From positions 300,877-364,876 of the forward strand of contig CBDFKK010000006.1 in assembly GCA_965248815.1 (NCBI GenBank): a stretch of DNA of 64,000 nucleotides. The letters run 5' to 3'. Source of the stretch: Alphaproteobacteria bacterium. GTDB lineage: Bacteria > Pseudomonadota > Alphaproteobacteria > SMXP01. The notes under the pieces were generated by a model that was not told where the DNA came from, did not search any database, and was given only the letters and a program-made list of their open reading frames with translations. A program made the translations under genes and the position numbers. Position 1 is the first letter of the stretch; the number at the start of each line of letters is the position of its first letter. Of the stretch, positions 11,477-21,392 are shown piece by piece.

Positions 11477-12490
11477 ATGGACGACTTCAAAAAGCTTATC
11501 GCCCTTGCTGCCGACGGCACTGATCTAACGAGAGAGCAATCCTCGCAGGCATTCGAATACATGATGACGGGCGCCGCGACGCCGAGCCAAATTGGCGGCT
11601 TTCTTATGGCTTTGCGCGTCAAAGGAGAAACGGTCGACGAAATCACCGGCGGCGTGCAAGTCATGAGAGAAAAGGCGATGACTGTAGCGGCGCCAAAGGG
11701 TGCGCTTGATACATGCGGCACGGGAGGCGATGCGTCCGGTACACTGAACATCTCCACGGCGGCCGCCTTTGTCGTCGCCGGATGCGGCGTGCCGATCGCA
11801 AAACACGGTAACAAAGCGCAATCCTCGCTTTCAGGATCGGCAGATGTCTTGGTCAAGCTCGGGGTCAAGCTCGATATCGGCGCTGAGGCAATCTCCCGCT
11901 GCATTAGCGACGCGGGCCTGGGCTTCATGATGGCGCCGTTTCACCACTCGGCCATGAAACATGTCGGTCCTATTCGCGCTGAACTTGGCACCCGCACGAT
12001 CTTCAATCTGATGGGCCCATTGGCCAACCCAGCCGGCGCGCGACGACAGCTCATCGGCGTATTTGCTAAACGCTGGCTGAAGCCTCTTGCAGAAGTACTT
12101 CACAGTCTGGGGTCGACCCGCGTCTGGGTCGTGCATGGCTCCGATGGTCTTGATGAAATAACAACGACAGGACCGTCATCGGTCGCTTCATTGGACGCTG
12201 GCAAAATTGAAATGTTTGAGGTCTCTCCGGAGGAAGCTGGTTTACAACGCGCCTCCCTCGATACACTCAAAGGAGCTGACGCTGACTACAATGCCCAAAA
12301 GCTTCGCGCGCTCTTGGAAGGAGAGACCGGCCCCTATCGCGATATCGTTTTGCTGAACAGCGCAGCAGCGCTCATTGTCGCTGGTAAAGTCAGCACTCTG
12401 GCTGCTGGCGTTGACATGGCAGCTGCCGCTCTCGACCAAAGTCACGCGCTCGACGTGCTGACCAAGCTCGTTGAAATCTCGAACGGATAG
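11477..12490 (+). CDS. trpD: Anthranilate phosphoribosyltransferase
   Basis: [36 protein letters not shown]. Confidence 0.98.
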   Translation: MDDFKKLIALAADGTDLTREQSSQAFEYMMTGAATPSQIGGFLMALRVKGETVDEITGGVQVMREKAMTVAAPKGALDTCGTGGDASGTLNISTAAAFVVAGCGVPIAKHGNKAQSSLSGSADVLVKLGVKLDIGAEAISRCISDAGLGFMMAPFHHSAMKHVGPIRAELGTRTIFNLMGPLANPAGARRQLIGVFAKRWLKPLAEVLHSLGSTRVWVVHGSDGLDEITTTGPSSVASLDAGKIEMFEVSPEEAGLQRASLDTLKGADADYNAQKLRALLEGETGPYRDIVLLNSAAALIVAGKVSTLAAGVDMAAAALDQSHALDVLTKLVEISNG

Positions 12491-12495
12491 CGACA

Positions 12496-13296
12496 ATGCC
12501 AACGATATTGGACGAGATTTCGGCATACAAGTTGAAAGAGATTAAGGCGAACAAGGCTGCCCACTCTCTTTCAGAAATGGAGTCAAGCGCTCGATCCGCT
12601 TCGGCGCCGCGCGGCTTCCATCAAGCACTCATGTCGGCCAAGAAAACCCGCGGATATGGGTTGATCTGCGAAATTAAAAAGGCAAGCCCGTCCAAGGGCC
12701 TCATTCGGTCCGATTTTGATCCGCCGTCACTCGCGCGCGCCTATGAGGCAGGCGGTGCAACATGCCTGTCGGTCCTGACAGATACCCCGAGCTTTCAGGG
12801 GCGAGATAGCTATTTGACAGAAGCGCGCGATGCAGTTGCCCTGCCCGTTCTCAGAAAAGACTTCATGTTCGACCCCTATCAGGTTGTCGAAGCAAGAGCT
12901 TTAGAGGCGGACTGCATCTTGATTATTATGGTCGCCGTTTCGGAAACCCAAGCCGCAGAGCTCCACGATTGCGCCCAGGAATGGGAGATGGACGTGCTAT
13001 TGGAAGTCCACAGCCCCGAAGAATTGGAGCGGGCCCTTAGATTATCAAGCCCCCTCATCGGGATAAATAATCGCAATCTCAATACGTTTGAGACTAAACT
13101 TGAAGTGTCGCAGCAATTGGCACCCCTGGTTCCGGGTGATCGGATGGCGATCTCCGAGAGCGGCCTTTCGACCGCTGAAGATATCGAGCAGCTATTGAAT
13201 GTCGGAATTGCAGCATTTCTGATCGGGGAAAGTCTTATGCGAATGCCGGATGTGGAAGCGGCCACGAGAAACCTCTTGGCAGCGCTGCCAAATTAA
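12496..13296 (+). CDS. trpC: Indole-3-glycerol phosphate synthase
   Basis: [31 protein letters not shown]. Confidence 0.98.
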   Translation: MPTILDEISAYKLKEIKANKAAHSLSEMESSARSASAPRGFHQALMSAKKTRGYGLICEIKKASPSKGLIRSDFDPPSLARAYEAGGATCLSVLTDTPSFQGRDSYLTEARDAVALPVLRKDFMFDPYQVVEARALEADCILIIMVAVSETQAAELHDCAQEWEMDVLLEVHSPEELERALRLSSPLIGINNRNLNTFETKLEVSQQLAPLVPGDRMAISESGLSTAEDIEQLLNVGIAAFLIGESLMRMPDVEAATRNLLAALPN

Positions 13297-13315
13297 ATGG
13301 GATGATTGAACCATC

Positions 13316-13825
13316 GTGTCGAAGCTAAGCCACATCGATCCATCCGGCCGGGCTACCATGGTCGATGTCACCAGCAAGAGCGAATCAGAGCGAGTGGCCG
13401 TTGCAGCGGGATCCATCCGCATGAAACCCGAAACCCTAAAACTCGTCATGCAAGCCGGACTCAAGAAAGGCGATGTGATTGGCGTGTCACGTTTGGCCGG
13501 AATAATGGCCGCCAAGAAAACACCCGAGTTAATCCCCCTATGTCACCCCCTCTCCCTTTCGGGAATCGAAGTCGAATTGGAACCCGATCTTGATCGTAGC
13601 GCGATCAACATTCGCGCTACCGTCAAAGTGACTGGCAAAACCGGTGTCGAAATGGAAGCGCTGACGGCAGTCTCGGTTGCGGCGCTTACGGTTTACGACA
13701 TGGCGAAGGCCGTCGACAGAGATATGGAAATCGACTCCATACGATTGGTTGAAAAGAGCGGCGGCAAGTCGGGCAGCTACTCGCGTGAGTCTGACGGTCA
13801 TTCTAAATCGACCAAGAGCAAGTAA
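13316..13825 (+). CDS. moaC: Cyclic pyranopterin monophosphate synthase
   Basis: [37 protein letters not shown]. Confidence 0.98.
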   Translation: MSKLSHIDPSGRATMVDVTSKSESERVAVAAGSIRMKPETLKLVMQAGLKKGDVIGVSRLAGIMAAKKTPELIPLCHPLSLSGIEVELEPDLDRSAINIRATVKVTGKTGVEMEALTAVSVAALTVYDMAKAVDRDMEIDSIRLVEKSGGKSGSYSRESDGHSKSTKSK

Positions 13826-13834
13826 GACACTGCG

Positions 13835-15037
13835 ATGATCTCCGTCGACGAAGCTCTAGAACGCATACTGACGAATATCGATCAGTTGCCGTCCGAAACA
13901 GTCAGCTTGCCGGCGGGACCTGGGCGCGTGCTGGCCCGAGACCATATGGCACGCCGCAGTCAGCCGCCGTGCGATGTCTCAGCAATGGATGGTTATGCGG
14001 TGCGTGCGGCAGATGTTGCCAAAGCGTCGACAATTCTCAAGCTCGTCGGCGAGTCGGCCGCAGGCTCGACGTATGGGAGAAAGCTCGGCGTCGGCGAAAC
14101 AGTTCGTATCTTCACAGGCGCAGCTGTTCCTACAGGTGCCGACGCTGTCGTAATTCAAGAAGACGTGAATGCGCTCGACAATCGCCGGATTGAGTTTCAG
14201 GAGAGGGCTGAACGCGGCCGTCACATTCGCCGCAAGGGTATCGACTTCTTGGATGGCGATGCGGGACTACGCCAGGGCCAAATGCTCACGGCCCGTGATC
14301 TGGGGCTTGCGGCATCAATGGATCTGCCCTGGCTGGAGGTTACGCGCAAACCCAAAATAGCCATTTTGGCGACGGGCGATGAGTTAACATTTCCGGGCGA
14401 CTTGTCATCTCCCAATCAAATCATTTCATCGAGTCCTTATGCCCTTGGTGCTTATATTGATCAGTGGGGCGGTGGCGCCACCCAGCTGGGGATCGCCCGC
14501 GACAACGAGCAGAGTTTAAAGCGAGCCGCAGAAAGTGCGCGGGGAACTGATCTGCTTGTCACCATTGGTGGAGCTTCCGTTGGCGATCATGATTTGGTAC
14601 GCGATGTTCTTCGCGACATGGGTATGAAACTCGAATTTTGGAGAGTGGCTATGCGTCCCGGAAAGCCCATGATGTTTGGTGACATCAACGGCGTTCCGCT
14701 TTTAGGTTTACCCGGCAACCCAGTTTCATGTTTGGTTTGTGCGCTTTTATTTTTGAAACCGATTGTCGCGAGTATGTTGGGTCAAGCCAGAGTCAAACTA
14801 TCTGACTTGCTAGAACCGGCCAGGCTTGGAAAAGATTTACCGGCGAATGGCAAACGCCAAGACTATATGCGCGCGACACTTGAGCGCGCCACCGACGGTG
14901 ATCTCGTCGCAACGCCGTTCGACCTTCAAGATAGCTCGGTCATGTCCCTCATGGCCGCCGCAAGCTGCCTCATCGTCCGCCCGCCTTTCGCAAGTGAGGC
15001 CCGACAGGGAGACTCGGTCGACTTTTTGCGGTTATAG
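13835..15037 (+). CDS. moeA: Molybdopterin molybdotransferase
   Basis: SAMDGYA, RIFTGA, ATGDEL, GGASVGDHD, MRPGKP, GLPGNPVS. Confidence 0.97.
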   Translation: MISVDEALERILTNIDQLPSETVSLPAGPGRVLARDHMARRSQPPCDVSAMDGYAVRAADVAKASTILKLVGESAAGSTYGRKLGVGETVRIFTGAAVPTGADAVVIQEDVNALDNRRIEFQERAERGRHIRRKGIDFLDGDAGLRQGQMLTARDLGLAASMDLPWLEVTRKPKIAILATGDELTFPGDLSSPNQIISSSPYALGAYIDQWGGGATQLGIARDNEQSLKRAAESARGTDLLVTIGGASVGDHDLVRDVLRDMGMKLEFWRVAMRPGKPMMFGDINGVPLLGLPGNPVSCLVCALLFLKPIVASMLGQARVKLSDLLEPARLGKDLPANGKRQDYMRATLERATDGDLVATPFDLQDSSVMSLMAAASCLIVRPPFASEARQGDSVDFLRL

Positions 15038-15096
15038 GCAAGTCTCAAAACGAATCATCTCATGGCAAAGTGTTAACCTTTAGGGTAAACTTCGCC

Positions 15097-15151
15097 TTGA
15101 CGGCAGATGAGAACTAAACTAGAACAGATTTCAAATGTTAGCACTTTGTTC
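15097..15151 (+). promoter_or_regulatory. lexA promoter with alphaproteobacterial SOS boxes
   Basis: TTGACG-N17-TAGAAC; perfect GAAC-N7-GAAC at 15111-15125 overlapping the -10, and degenerate GTTA-N7-GTTC at 15137-15151. Confidence 0.85.
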
Positions 15152-15172
15152 TAGAAGATCGGGAGCGGCTGG

Positions 15173-15889
15173 ATGCTGACGCGCAAACAACATGAATTGT
15201 TGATGTTTATTCACGAGCGCATCCGGGAATCCGGCGTGTCGCCGTCGTTTGACGAAATGAAGGATGCCCTGGGCCTCAAGTCTAAATCCGGCATTCACCG
15301 CTTGATTACAGCCCTTGAAGAGCGAGGATTTATCAAACGCCTTGCCCATCGGGCCCGAGCGCTGGAAATTATACGCCTGCCTGACGATACGCTCGCCGGC
15401 CGCGGCTCTATGGTACGCGATCGGCCGAAAGGCTTTTCACCCAGCGTCATCGAAGGCTCACGTGGTAAGCAAGTCGAAGTACCCGTCGCCAACGGCAACG
15501 ACGATCACGCAGTCGACGTGCCGATGCTAGGGCGGATTGCCGCCGGTACCCCAATTGAGGCATTACAGAACAACACCCACAATGTCAGTGTTCCCATGGA
15601 GATGATGGCAACGGGGGATCATTACGCCTTGGAAGTTCAAGGCGATTCAATGATTCAAGCGGGCATTTTGGATGGCGATGTGGTTGTCATTCAGCGCAGT
15701 GACACGGCCACCAATGGCGATATCGTTGTCGCTTTGGTTGACAGCAATGAAGCCACGCTGAAACGCCTGAGAAAGCGCGGCGAGACAGTCGCGCTGGAGG
15801 CCGCAAATCCGGCGTACGAAACACGTATTTTTGGGCCTGACCGGGTGCAAGTTCAAGGGCGCTTAGTGGGACTGCTTCGGCGTTACTAG
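15173..15889 (+). CDS. lexA: SOS repressor LexA
   Basis: [27 protein letters not shown] cleavage site, GDSM and TLKR catalytic motifs. Confidence 0.99.
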   Translation: MLTRKQHELLMFIHERIRESGVSPSFDEMKDALGLKSKSGIHRLITALEERGFIKRLAHRARALEIIRLPDDTLAGRGSMVRDRPKGFSPSVIEGSRGKQVEVPVANGNDDHAVDVPMLGRIAAGTPIEALQNNTHNVSVPMEMMATGDHYALEVQGDSMIQAGILDGDVVVIQRSDTATNGDIVVALVDSNEATLKRLRKRGETVALEAANPAYETRIFGPDRVQVQGRLVGLLRRY

Positions 15890-16667
15890 CGCACGGCAGT
15901 GATTGACGCTCGAGGGGCCTGGGCTTGCTGATTTTGGATTTGCCTGGCGTCCTTGCTCTCAGCACTCCTGAGCAGTTTCAAACTTTCCCGAAACGATGAC
16001 CATGGTCTGCTTCCGCGCCGGTCTGCAGCACTTACCACCCGTGGACCACCCTGCTCAAACCAAACCGCATGTGCTCCTTCTTGCTGTAAATCATAACGGT
16101 CGATGACTATTGCATAACGGCGGCACGATCGTTCTTGGGACTTAGGAATAGGCACGCTGGCAACAATGAAATCAGCACGCTGACAATCTTCGGCAAAGGC
16201 ACGGGGGTCTGTAACAAAGGCAACGATGGGCCGGCCAGGATCGACCGTGATGCATCCGAGCACATCGCATCTGTAGAGGCGCGATCGGGCATCGGACTGA
16301 TCATGATCCGGTAAAAGCCCTTCGCCTTGAAGCCATCGTGAAACGGCGAAGCGCGCTTTGCGATCTGACAACGCAAGAAGGTCTCCCGTCGATGAGCGAA
16401 CCGCGAGATTCGAACCGTCACGATCGACGAGCATGTAGGGTCGCTCATAGCTGACGGCACTGCCGATGCCAACCAAAATCAAGCCCACTCCTGCATAGCG
16501 CCAACTCTGTCGCCACAGCGCAAGCCACAGGCCGCCCATCAATATCAATAACAAGGCATATTGCGGCCATGCCGGTGCTGCCATTTCGGAGCCGGACCAA
16601 GTGGATACGGCTTCGGAGACCGAGATAACGAGCTCGATGCCCCATGCCATGGGTACTAGGGCCAATT

Positions 16668-16686
16668 GTTCAAGTCCGAGCGGGAC
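16668..16686. repeat. 19-bp target site duplication of IS copy 1 (GTTCAAGTCCGAGCGGGAC), second copy at 18200-18218
   Basis: Identical 19-mers directly abut both IS termini. Confidence 0.95.
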
Positions 16687-16760
16687 TGTCCGTCATCAGA
16701 TAAATTGGAACAGATTTTGATTTGAGCTAGCGGAGTATATGGCTCATCTGTTGTATCAGT

Positions 16761-17741
16761 TTAAGCAGCGGCTTTGCTGTGTTGCAAGCGCCGATGCTCG
16801 ATCGTTTTTCGCTTGATCCTTTCTCTTTGCAATAGAATGGTTTGGCCGCGCCCAAAGTAAACATCTGCGGGCGTGAGGTTTTGCAGACTCTCGTGATAGC
16901 GCTGGTGATTGTAGTGACCCACGAACTCATCGATCTGCGCTTCAAGATCGCCAGGTAGGTAATAGTTTTCCAGCAAGATGCGGTTCTTGAGCGTTTGATG
17001 CCAACGCTCGATTTTGCCTTGCGTTTGCGGATGATACGGCGCGCCGCGAACATGCCTCATGCCTTGATCATCCATCCAGTCAGCAAGATCGCCGGCAATA
17101 TAACTTGAACCATTGTCAGATAGCAGACGCGGCTTGTGTGCGACATTTGCCTGATCGCAACCCGATGCCTCCAGAGCCATTTCCAACGTATCAGTGACGT
17201 CTTCAGCTCTCATCGTGGTGCACAGCTTCCACGCAATGATGTAGCGCGAGAAGTCATCAAGAATCGTAGAGAGATAAAACCAGCCCCAGCCGATGACCTT
17301 GAGGTAGGTGAAGTCGGTCTGCCACATTTGATTTGGCGCCGTGGTCTTGTCGCGGAACTCATTGGCAGCCTTGATGACCACGAAGGCCGGGCTGGTAATC
17401 AGATCAAGAGCTTTGAGCAGGCGATACACTGAAGCTTCGGATACAAAATAGCTTTGCGTATCAGTGAACCGCACTGCCAACTCGCGCGGGCTCAGTTCCG
17501 GTTCCTGAAGAGCCATATCGACGATCCGCTCTCGAATATCATCGGGGATGCGGTTCCACACGCGTTTTGGCTTGGGAGACCGGTCTTCCAATGCTTGTAC
17601 GCCACCACGCAAATACCGGTCGTACCATCGGTAAAACGTCGTTGCCGGGATGCCGAGCTTGTCCAGCGTCCGCAGCACCGGGAGATGGGATCGCTCGACT
17701 AGGCGGATGATCTCGAGCTTCTCCGATGCGGGGTATCTCAT
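16761..17741 (-). CDS. Transposase OrfB (HTH plus DDE integrase core)
   Basis: WQTDFTY, LDDFSR, LSDNGS, HPQTQGKIERWHQTLK, YNHQRYHESL. Confidence 0.96.
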   Translation of the reverse strand: MRYPASEKLEIIRLVERSHLPVLRTLDKLGIPATTFYRWYDRYLRGGVQALEDRSPKPKRVWNRIPDDIRERIVDMALQEPELSPRELAVRFTDTQSYFVSEASVYRLLKALDLITSPAFVVIKAANEFRDKTTAPNQMWQTDFTYLKVIGWGWFYLSTILDDFSRYIIAWKLCTTMRAEDVTDTLEMALEASGCDQANVAHKPRLLSDNGSSYIAGDLADWMDDQGMRHVRGAPYHPQTQGKIERWHQTLKNRILLENYYLPGDLEAQIDEFVGHYNHQRYHESLQNLTPADVYFGRGQTILLQRERIKRKTIEHRRLQHSKAAA

Positions 17742-18112
17742 GCGCCGTCTCCCCCATCCCCGATCATGCTTTTTTTAAGCAGCCGGTTCTCCAGCACCTG
17801 TTCGGCAAGCGCTTCCTTGAGGTCATGCCTCTCGCGGCGCAGGTCCTTGACCTCGCCCGAGGACGCCTGGCGGGCGGTATCCCCCGAAAGCCGCTTCTTG
17901 CCGGCTTCCAGGAACTCCTTCGACCAGCTGTAGTAGAGGCTCTCGGCGATCCCTTCCCGACGGCACAGCTCGGCGATGCTGTCCTCGCCGCGCAGGCCCG
18001 AGAGCACAATCCGGATCTTCTCTTCAGCTGAATATTGCTTGCGCGTCTTGCGCCGGATGTCCCGTACCGCCGTCTCGGCGCCGTCCTTCAAACTCATGGA
18101 TTTCTGGATCAT
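17738..18112 (-). CDS. Transposase OrfA (HTH plus putative zipper)
   Basis: RKQYSAEEKIRIV, IAELCRREGI, YYSW, ENRLLKK; ATGA overlap with OrfB; A7 run at 17770-17776. Confidence 0.93.
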   Translation of the reverse strand: MIQKSMSLKDGAETAVRDIRRKTRKQYSAEEKIRIVLSGLRGEDSIAELCRREGIAESLYYSWSKEFLEAGKKRLSGDTARQASSGEVKDLRRERHDLKEALAEQVLENRLLKKSMIGDGGDGA

Positions 18113-18804
18113 CTGCGTTCCCTTCGGTCACGACGATGAGCCAGAAATCCTCCGTTACACAATCAACTCCATCTGTCCCACAGGCGCTGATGTCAGACAG
18201 TTCAAGTCCGAGCGGGACGAGCAAAAGCGCAAGCACGCCCATCGGCATGATCAAAAAGCCGACGAGAGGCACAGCTACTAAATTCGCCACGATTCCTAAC
18301 GTTGCAACTCTATTGAAGTGAAAGGCGGCGAACGGCGCGATCATGATCTCCGCGATTGCGGTCGTTGCAGCAAGACCAAACAAATACGCCACGAATAACC
18401 GCCAAGGCGAAAACCCACGAGCCCAAGCCCAGCTTTCGCGATTGTTCGTCAAATAACGATCACGGCGCCATTCGTAAGTGGCAACCAGGCCAATCACAGC
18501 GGCAAAAGACATTTGAAAGCTGACGTGCAATAGGCTTTCAGGTGTCGACAACAAGACGAACGTGGCAGCTATTGCCACATTTCGCATTGAAACGGCGGGC
18601 CGGTCGACCATGATCGCCACAAACATGATCGAGATCATGATAAAGGCCCGCTGTGTTGATATCGACGCACCCGACACAAAGAGATAAAAAAGTGCGCCGA
18701 TGAGGCCGGCCATCGCTGCCCATTTCTTTATCGGATAGTTTAGGGTAATGGGCTGAATCAGCGCTAGGCCAGCCCTCACCGCCACAAAGATCAAGCCGCC
18801 GACC

Positions 18805-18812
18805 AGTGTCAT
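18805..18812. repeat. 8-bp target site duplication of IS copy 2 (AGTGTCAT), second copy at 20326-20333
   Basis: Identical 8-mers directly abut both IS termini. Confidence 0.93.
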
Positions 18813-18886
18813 TGTCCGTCATCAGATAAATTGGAACAGATTTCGGTTTGAGCTAGCGGAGTATATGGCTCATCTGTTGTATCAGT

Positions 18887-19867
18887 TTAAGCAGCGGCTT
18901 TGCTGTGTTGCAAGCGCCGATGCTCGATCGTTTTTCGCTTGATCCTTTCTCTTTGCAATAGAATGGTTTGGCCGCGCCCAAAGTAAACATCTGCGGGCGT
19001 GAGGTTTTGCAGACTCTCGTGATAGCGCTGGTGATTGTAGTGACCCACGAACTCATCGATCTGCGCTTCAAGATCGCCAGGTAGGTAATAGTTTTCCAGC
19101 AAGATGCGGTTCTTGAGCGTTTGATGCCAACGCTCGATTTTGCCTTGCGTTTGCGGATGATACGGCGCGCCGCGAACATGCCTCATGCCTTGATCATCCA
19201 TCCAGTCAGCAAGATCGCCGGCAATATAACTTGAACCATTGTCAGATAGCAGACGCGGCTTGTGTGCGACATTTGCCTGATCGCAACCCGATGCCTCCAG
19301 AGCCATTTCCAACGTATCAGTGACGTCTTCAGCTCTCATCGTGGTGCACAGCTTCCACGCAATGATGTAGCGCGAGAAGTCATCAAGAATCGTAGAGAGA
19401 TAAAACCAGCCCCAGCCGATGACCTTGAGGTAGGTGAAGTCGGTCTGCCACATTTGATTTGGCGCCGTGGTCTTGTCGCGGAACTCATTGGCAGCCTTGA
19501 TGACCACGAAGGCCGGGCTGGTAATCAGATCAAGAGCTTTGAGCAGGCGGTACACTGAAGCTTCGGATACAAAATAGCTTTGCGTATCAGTGAACCGCAC
19601 TGCCAACTCGCGCGGGCTCAGTTCCGGTTCCTGAAGAGCCATATCGACGATCCGCTCTCGAATATCATCGGGGATGCGGTTCCACACGCGTTTTGGCTTG
19701 GGAGACCGGTCTTCCAATGCTTGTACGCCACCACGCAAATACCGGTCGTACCATCGGTAAAACGTCGTTGCCGGGATGCCGAGCTTGTCCAGCGTCCGCA
19801 GCACCGGGAGATGGGATCGCTCGACTAGGCGGATGATCTCGAGCTTCTCCGATGCGGGGTATCTCAT
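18887..19867 (-). CDS. Transposase OrfB (copy 2)
   Basis: Protein identical to 16761-17741. Confidence 0.96.
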   Translation of the reverse strand: MRYPASEKLEIIRLVERSHLPVLRTLDKLGIPATTFYRWYDRYLRGGVQALEDRSPKPKRVWNRIPDDIRERIVDMALQEPELSPRELAVRFTDTQSYFVSEASVYRLLKALDLITSPAFVVIKAANEFRDKTTAPNQMWQTDFTYLKVIGWGWFYLSTILDDFSRYIIAWKLCTTMRAEDVTDTLEMALEASGCDQANVAHKPRLLSDNGSSYIAGDLADWMDDQGMRHVRGAPYHPQTQGKIERWHQTLKNRILLENYYLPGDLEAQIDEFVGHYNHQRYHESLQNLTPADVYFGRGQTILLQRERIKRKTIEHRRLQHSKAAA

Positions 19868-20238
19868 GCGCCGTCTCCCCCATCCCCGATCATGCTTTTT
19901 TTAAGCAGCCGGTTCTCCAGCACCTGTTCGGCAAGCGCTTCCTTGAGGTCATGCCTCTCGCGGCGCAGGTCCTTGACCTCGCCCGAGGACGCCTGGCGGG
20001 CGGTATCCCCCGAAAGCCGCTTCTTGCCGGCTTCCAGGAACTCCTTCGACCAGCTGTAGTAGAGGCTCTCGGCGATCCCTTCCCGACGGCACAGCTCGGC
20101 GATGCTGTCCTCGCCGCGCAGGCCCGAGAGCACAATCCGGATCTTCTCTTCAGCTGAATATTGCTTGCGCGTCTTGCGCCGGATGTCCCGTACCGCCGTC
20201 TCGGCGCCGTCCTTCAAACTCATGGATTTCTGGATCAT
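19864..20238 (-). CDS. Transposase OrfA (copy 2)
   Basis: Protein identical to 17738-18112. Confidence 0.93.
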   Translation of the reverse strand: MIQKSMSLKDGAETAVRDIRRKTRKQYSAEEKIRIVLSGLRGEDSIAELCRREGIAESLYYSWSKEFLEAGKKRLSGDTARQASSGEVKDLRRERHDLKEALAEQVLENRLLKKSMIGDGGDGA

Positions 20239-21392
20239 CTGCGTTCCCTTCGGTCACGACGATGAGCCAGAAATCCTCCGTTACACAATCAACTCCATCT
20301 GTCCCACAGGCGCTGATGTCAGACAAGTGTCATGTGAAGGCCCGAAATGGCCAATAAATGCGCGAGCCCTGATGCCCGCAGAGAGTTAACTACGGCATCG
20401 GGAATGGCTTCGCGATCGCCGGTCAATAGCGCGGCTGCGATCGCACCCTCTGAACCGGGCAAGGACGAGCGAATGTGTTCTGCAATGGCTTGACGAAAAC
20501 CTCGAAGAGCGCCTGCAGCTCGAGAGAGCAAACCGTTGGATCGAGACATGGGGCTCGTGTCGGGTGTGCTGACTGAATAACCCACCGCCCCGATGCGCTC
20601 GAACCAGGCACGCCGCGCAAAATCAAAACCGTCAGGCGAAACCGGCCCCGGAGGAGGCATCAGCATGACCCGCACCTGAAAGCCCATCGCGGGTGTTATT
20701 TCCGCTAACCGTTGGTGCACCGACACCCTCACGCGCACCGGTAGGTCTTGGTCTGCAAGGTTTCCGATCCGGTTCGGCGCAATGACAAGGCGCCAATCGC
20801 CTTCCGGCTGGCGCGCCGCACTCTCAATCCAGCCTTCGAGCGACACTGGTCCAATCTCTCGCTGCAGCACCGGAGCCGCAACGTTTAAAGTACGCAATTG
20901 GCTTACAACAAAGCCGAGTGTAATGGTGAAAACAAAAATGCTGGCGACAAATGCCGCATAACCAAGTTCAGGTGATCGCTCTTCCCAGCGACGCCGCATG
21001 ACAGTGATCGCAGCAACCGCAAAGGCGACAAGACCAACAGATGTGAGACCGGCCGAAAGTTGAGGCTCATACGTCAGGGAAAAGTAGCCGGCAATCCCGA
21101 GACCTAGAGCCACCGGTATCCACATCAACCAGCGATCACGATCCGCCCAAAAGCAGGCGCGTACGAAGCGTCCGGCGCGACGCAGGCCTTCCATCCACAA
21201 ATCGAGTGCGCCCGCAAGACTTCGGCGACATTGCCTCCAATCGGACAAGAACGCCCAACCGCGACCCAGCATAAGTTTTCTACCCAACGGCGGCGCGGTG
21301 CCTTAGCCTTCGACATATCAATGTGCTAAAACATCGGCGCATTTCGGGGAGTCCCCCGTTCTTTGTCCTTCATCATAGCCCCGAGACCGTGC

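Larger units (their letters stand above)
16687..18199 (-). mobile_element. 1513-bp IS3/IS481-related insertion sequence, copy 1
   Basis: TGT...ACA termini, imperfect inverted repeats (TGTCCGTCATCAG...GGAACAGAT versus TGTCTGACATCAG...GGGACAGAT), OrfA plus OrfB, flanking duplication. Confidence 0.97.
18813..20325 (-). mobile_element. 1513-bp IS3/IS481-related insertion sequence, copy 2
   Basis: Same length, termini and orientation as copy 1; three substitutions noticed. Confidence 0.97.
15886..21287 (-). pseudogene. comEC: ComEC/Rec2 DNA uptake channel, interrupted by two IS copies (pieces 20326-21287, 18200-18812, 15886-16686)
   Basis: FDFARRAWF, GLAHLLAISGLHM, STQRAFIM, SFQMSFAAV, ANLVAVP; removing both IS plus one copy of each duplication gives a 2349-nt open frame; start codon uncertain. 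Confidence 0.95.

Noticed and set aside
16674-16686. Small hairpins at the IS targets (GTCC-N5-GGAC; GAC-N4-GTC at site 2)
   Set aside because: Stems of 3-4 bp are expected by chance; no shared target consensus is visible.
16687-16760. Possible guide or bridge RNA in the IS non-coding end explaining comEC targeting
   Set aside because: Non-coding ends are short and mostly inverted-repeat blocks; the two variant bases show no complementarity to their targets, and the enzyme is a DDE transposase.
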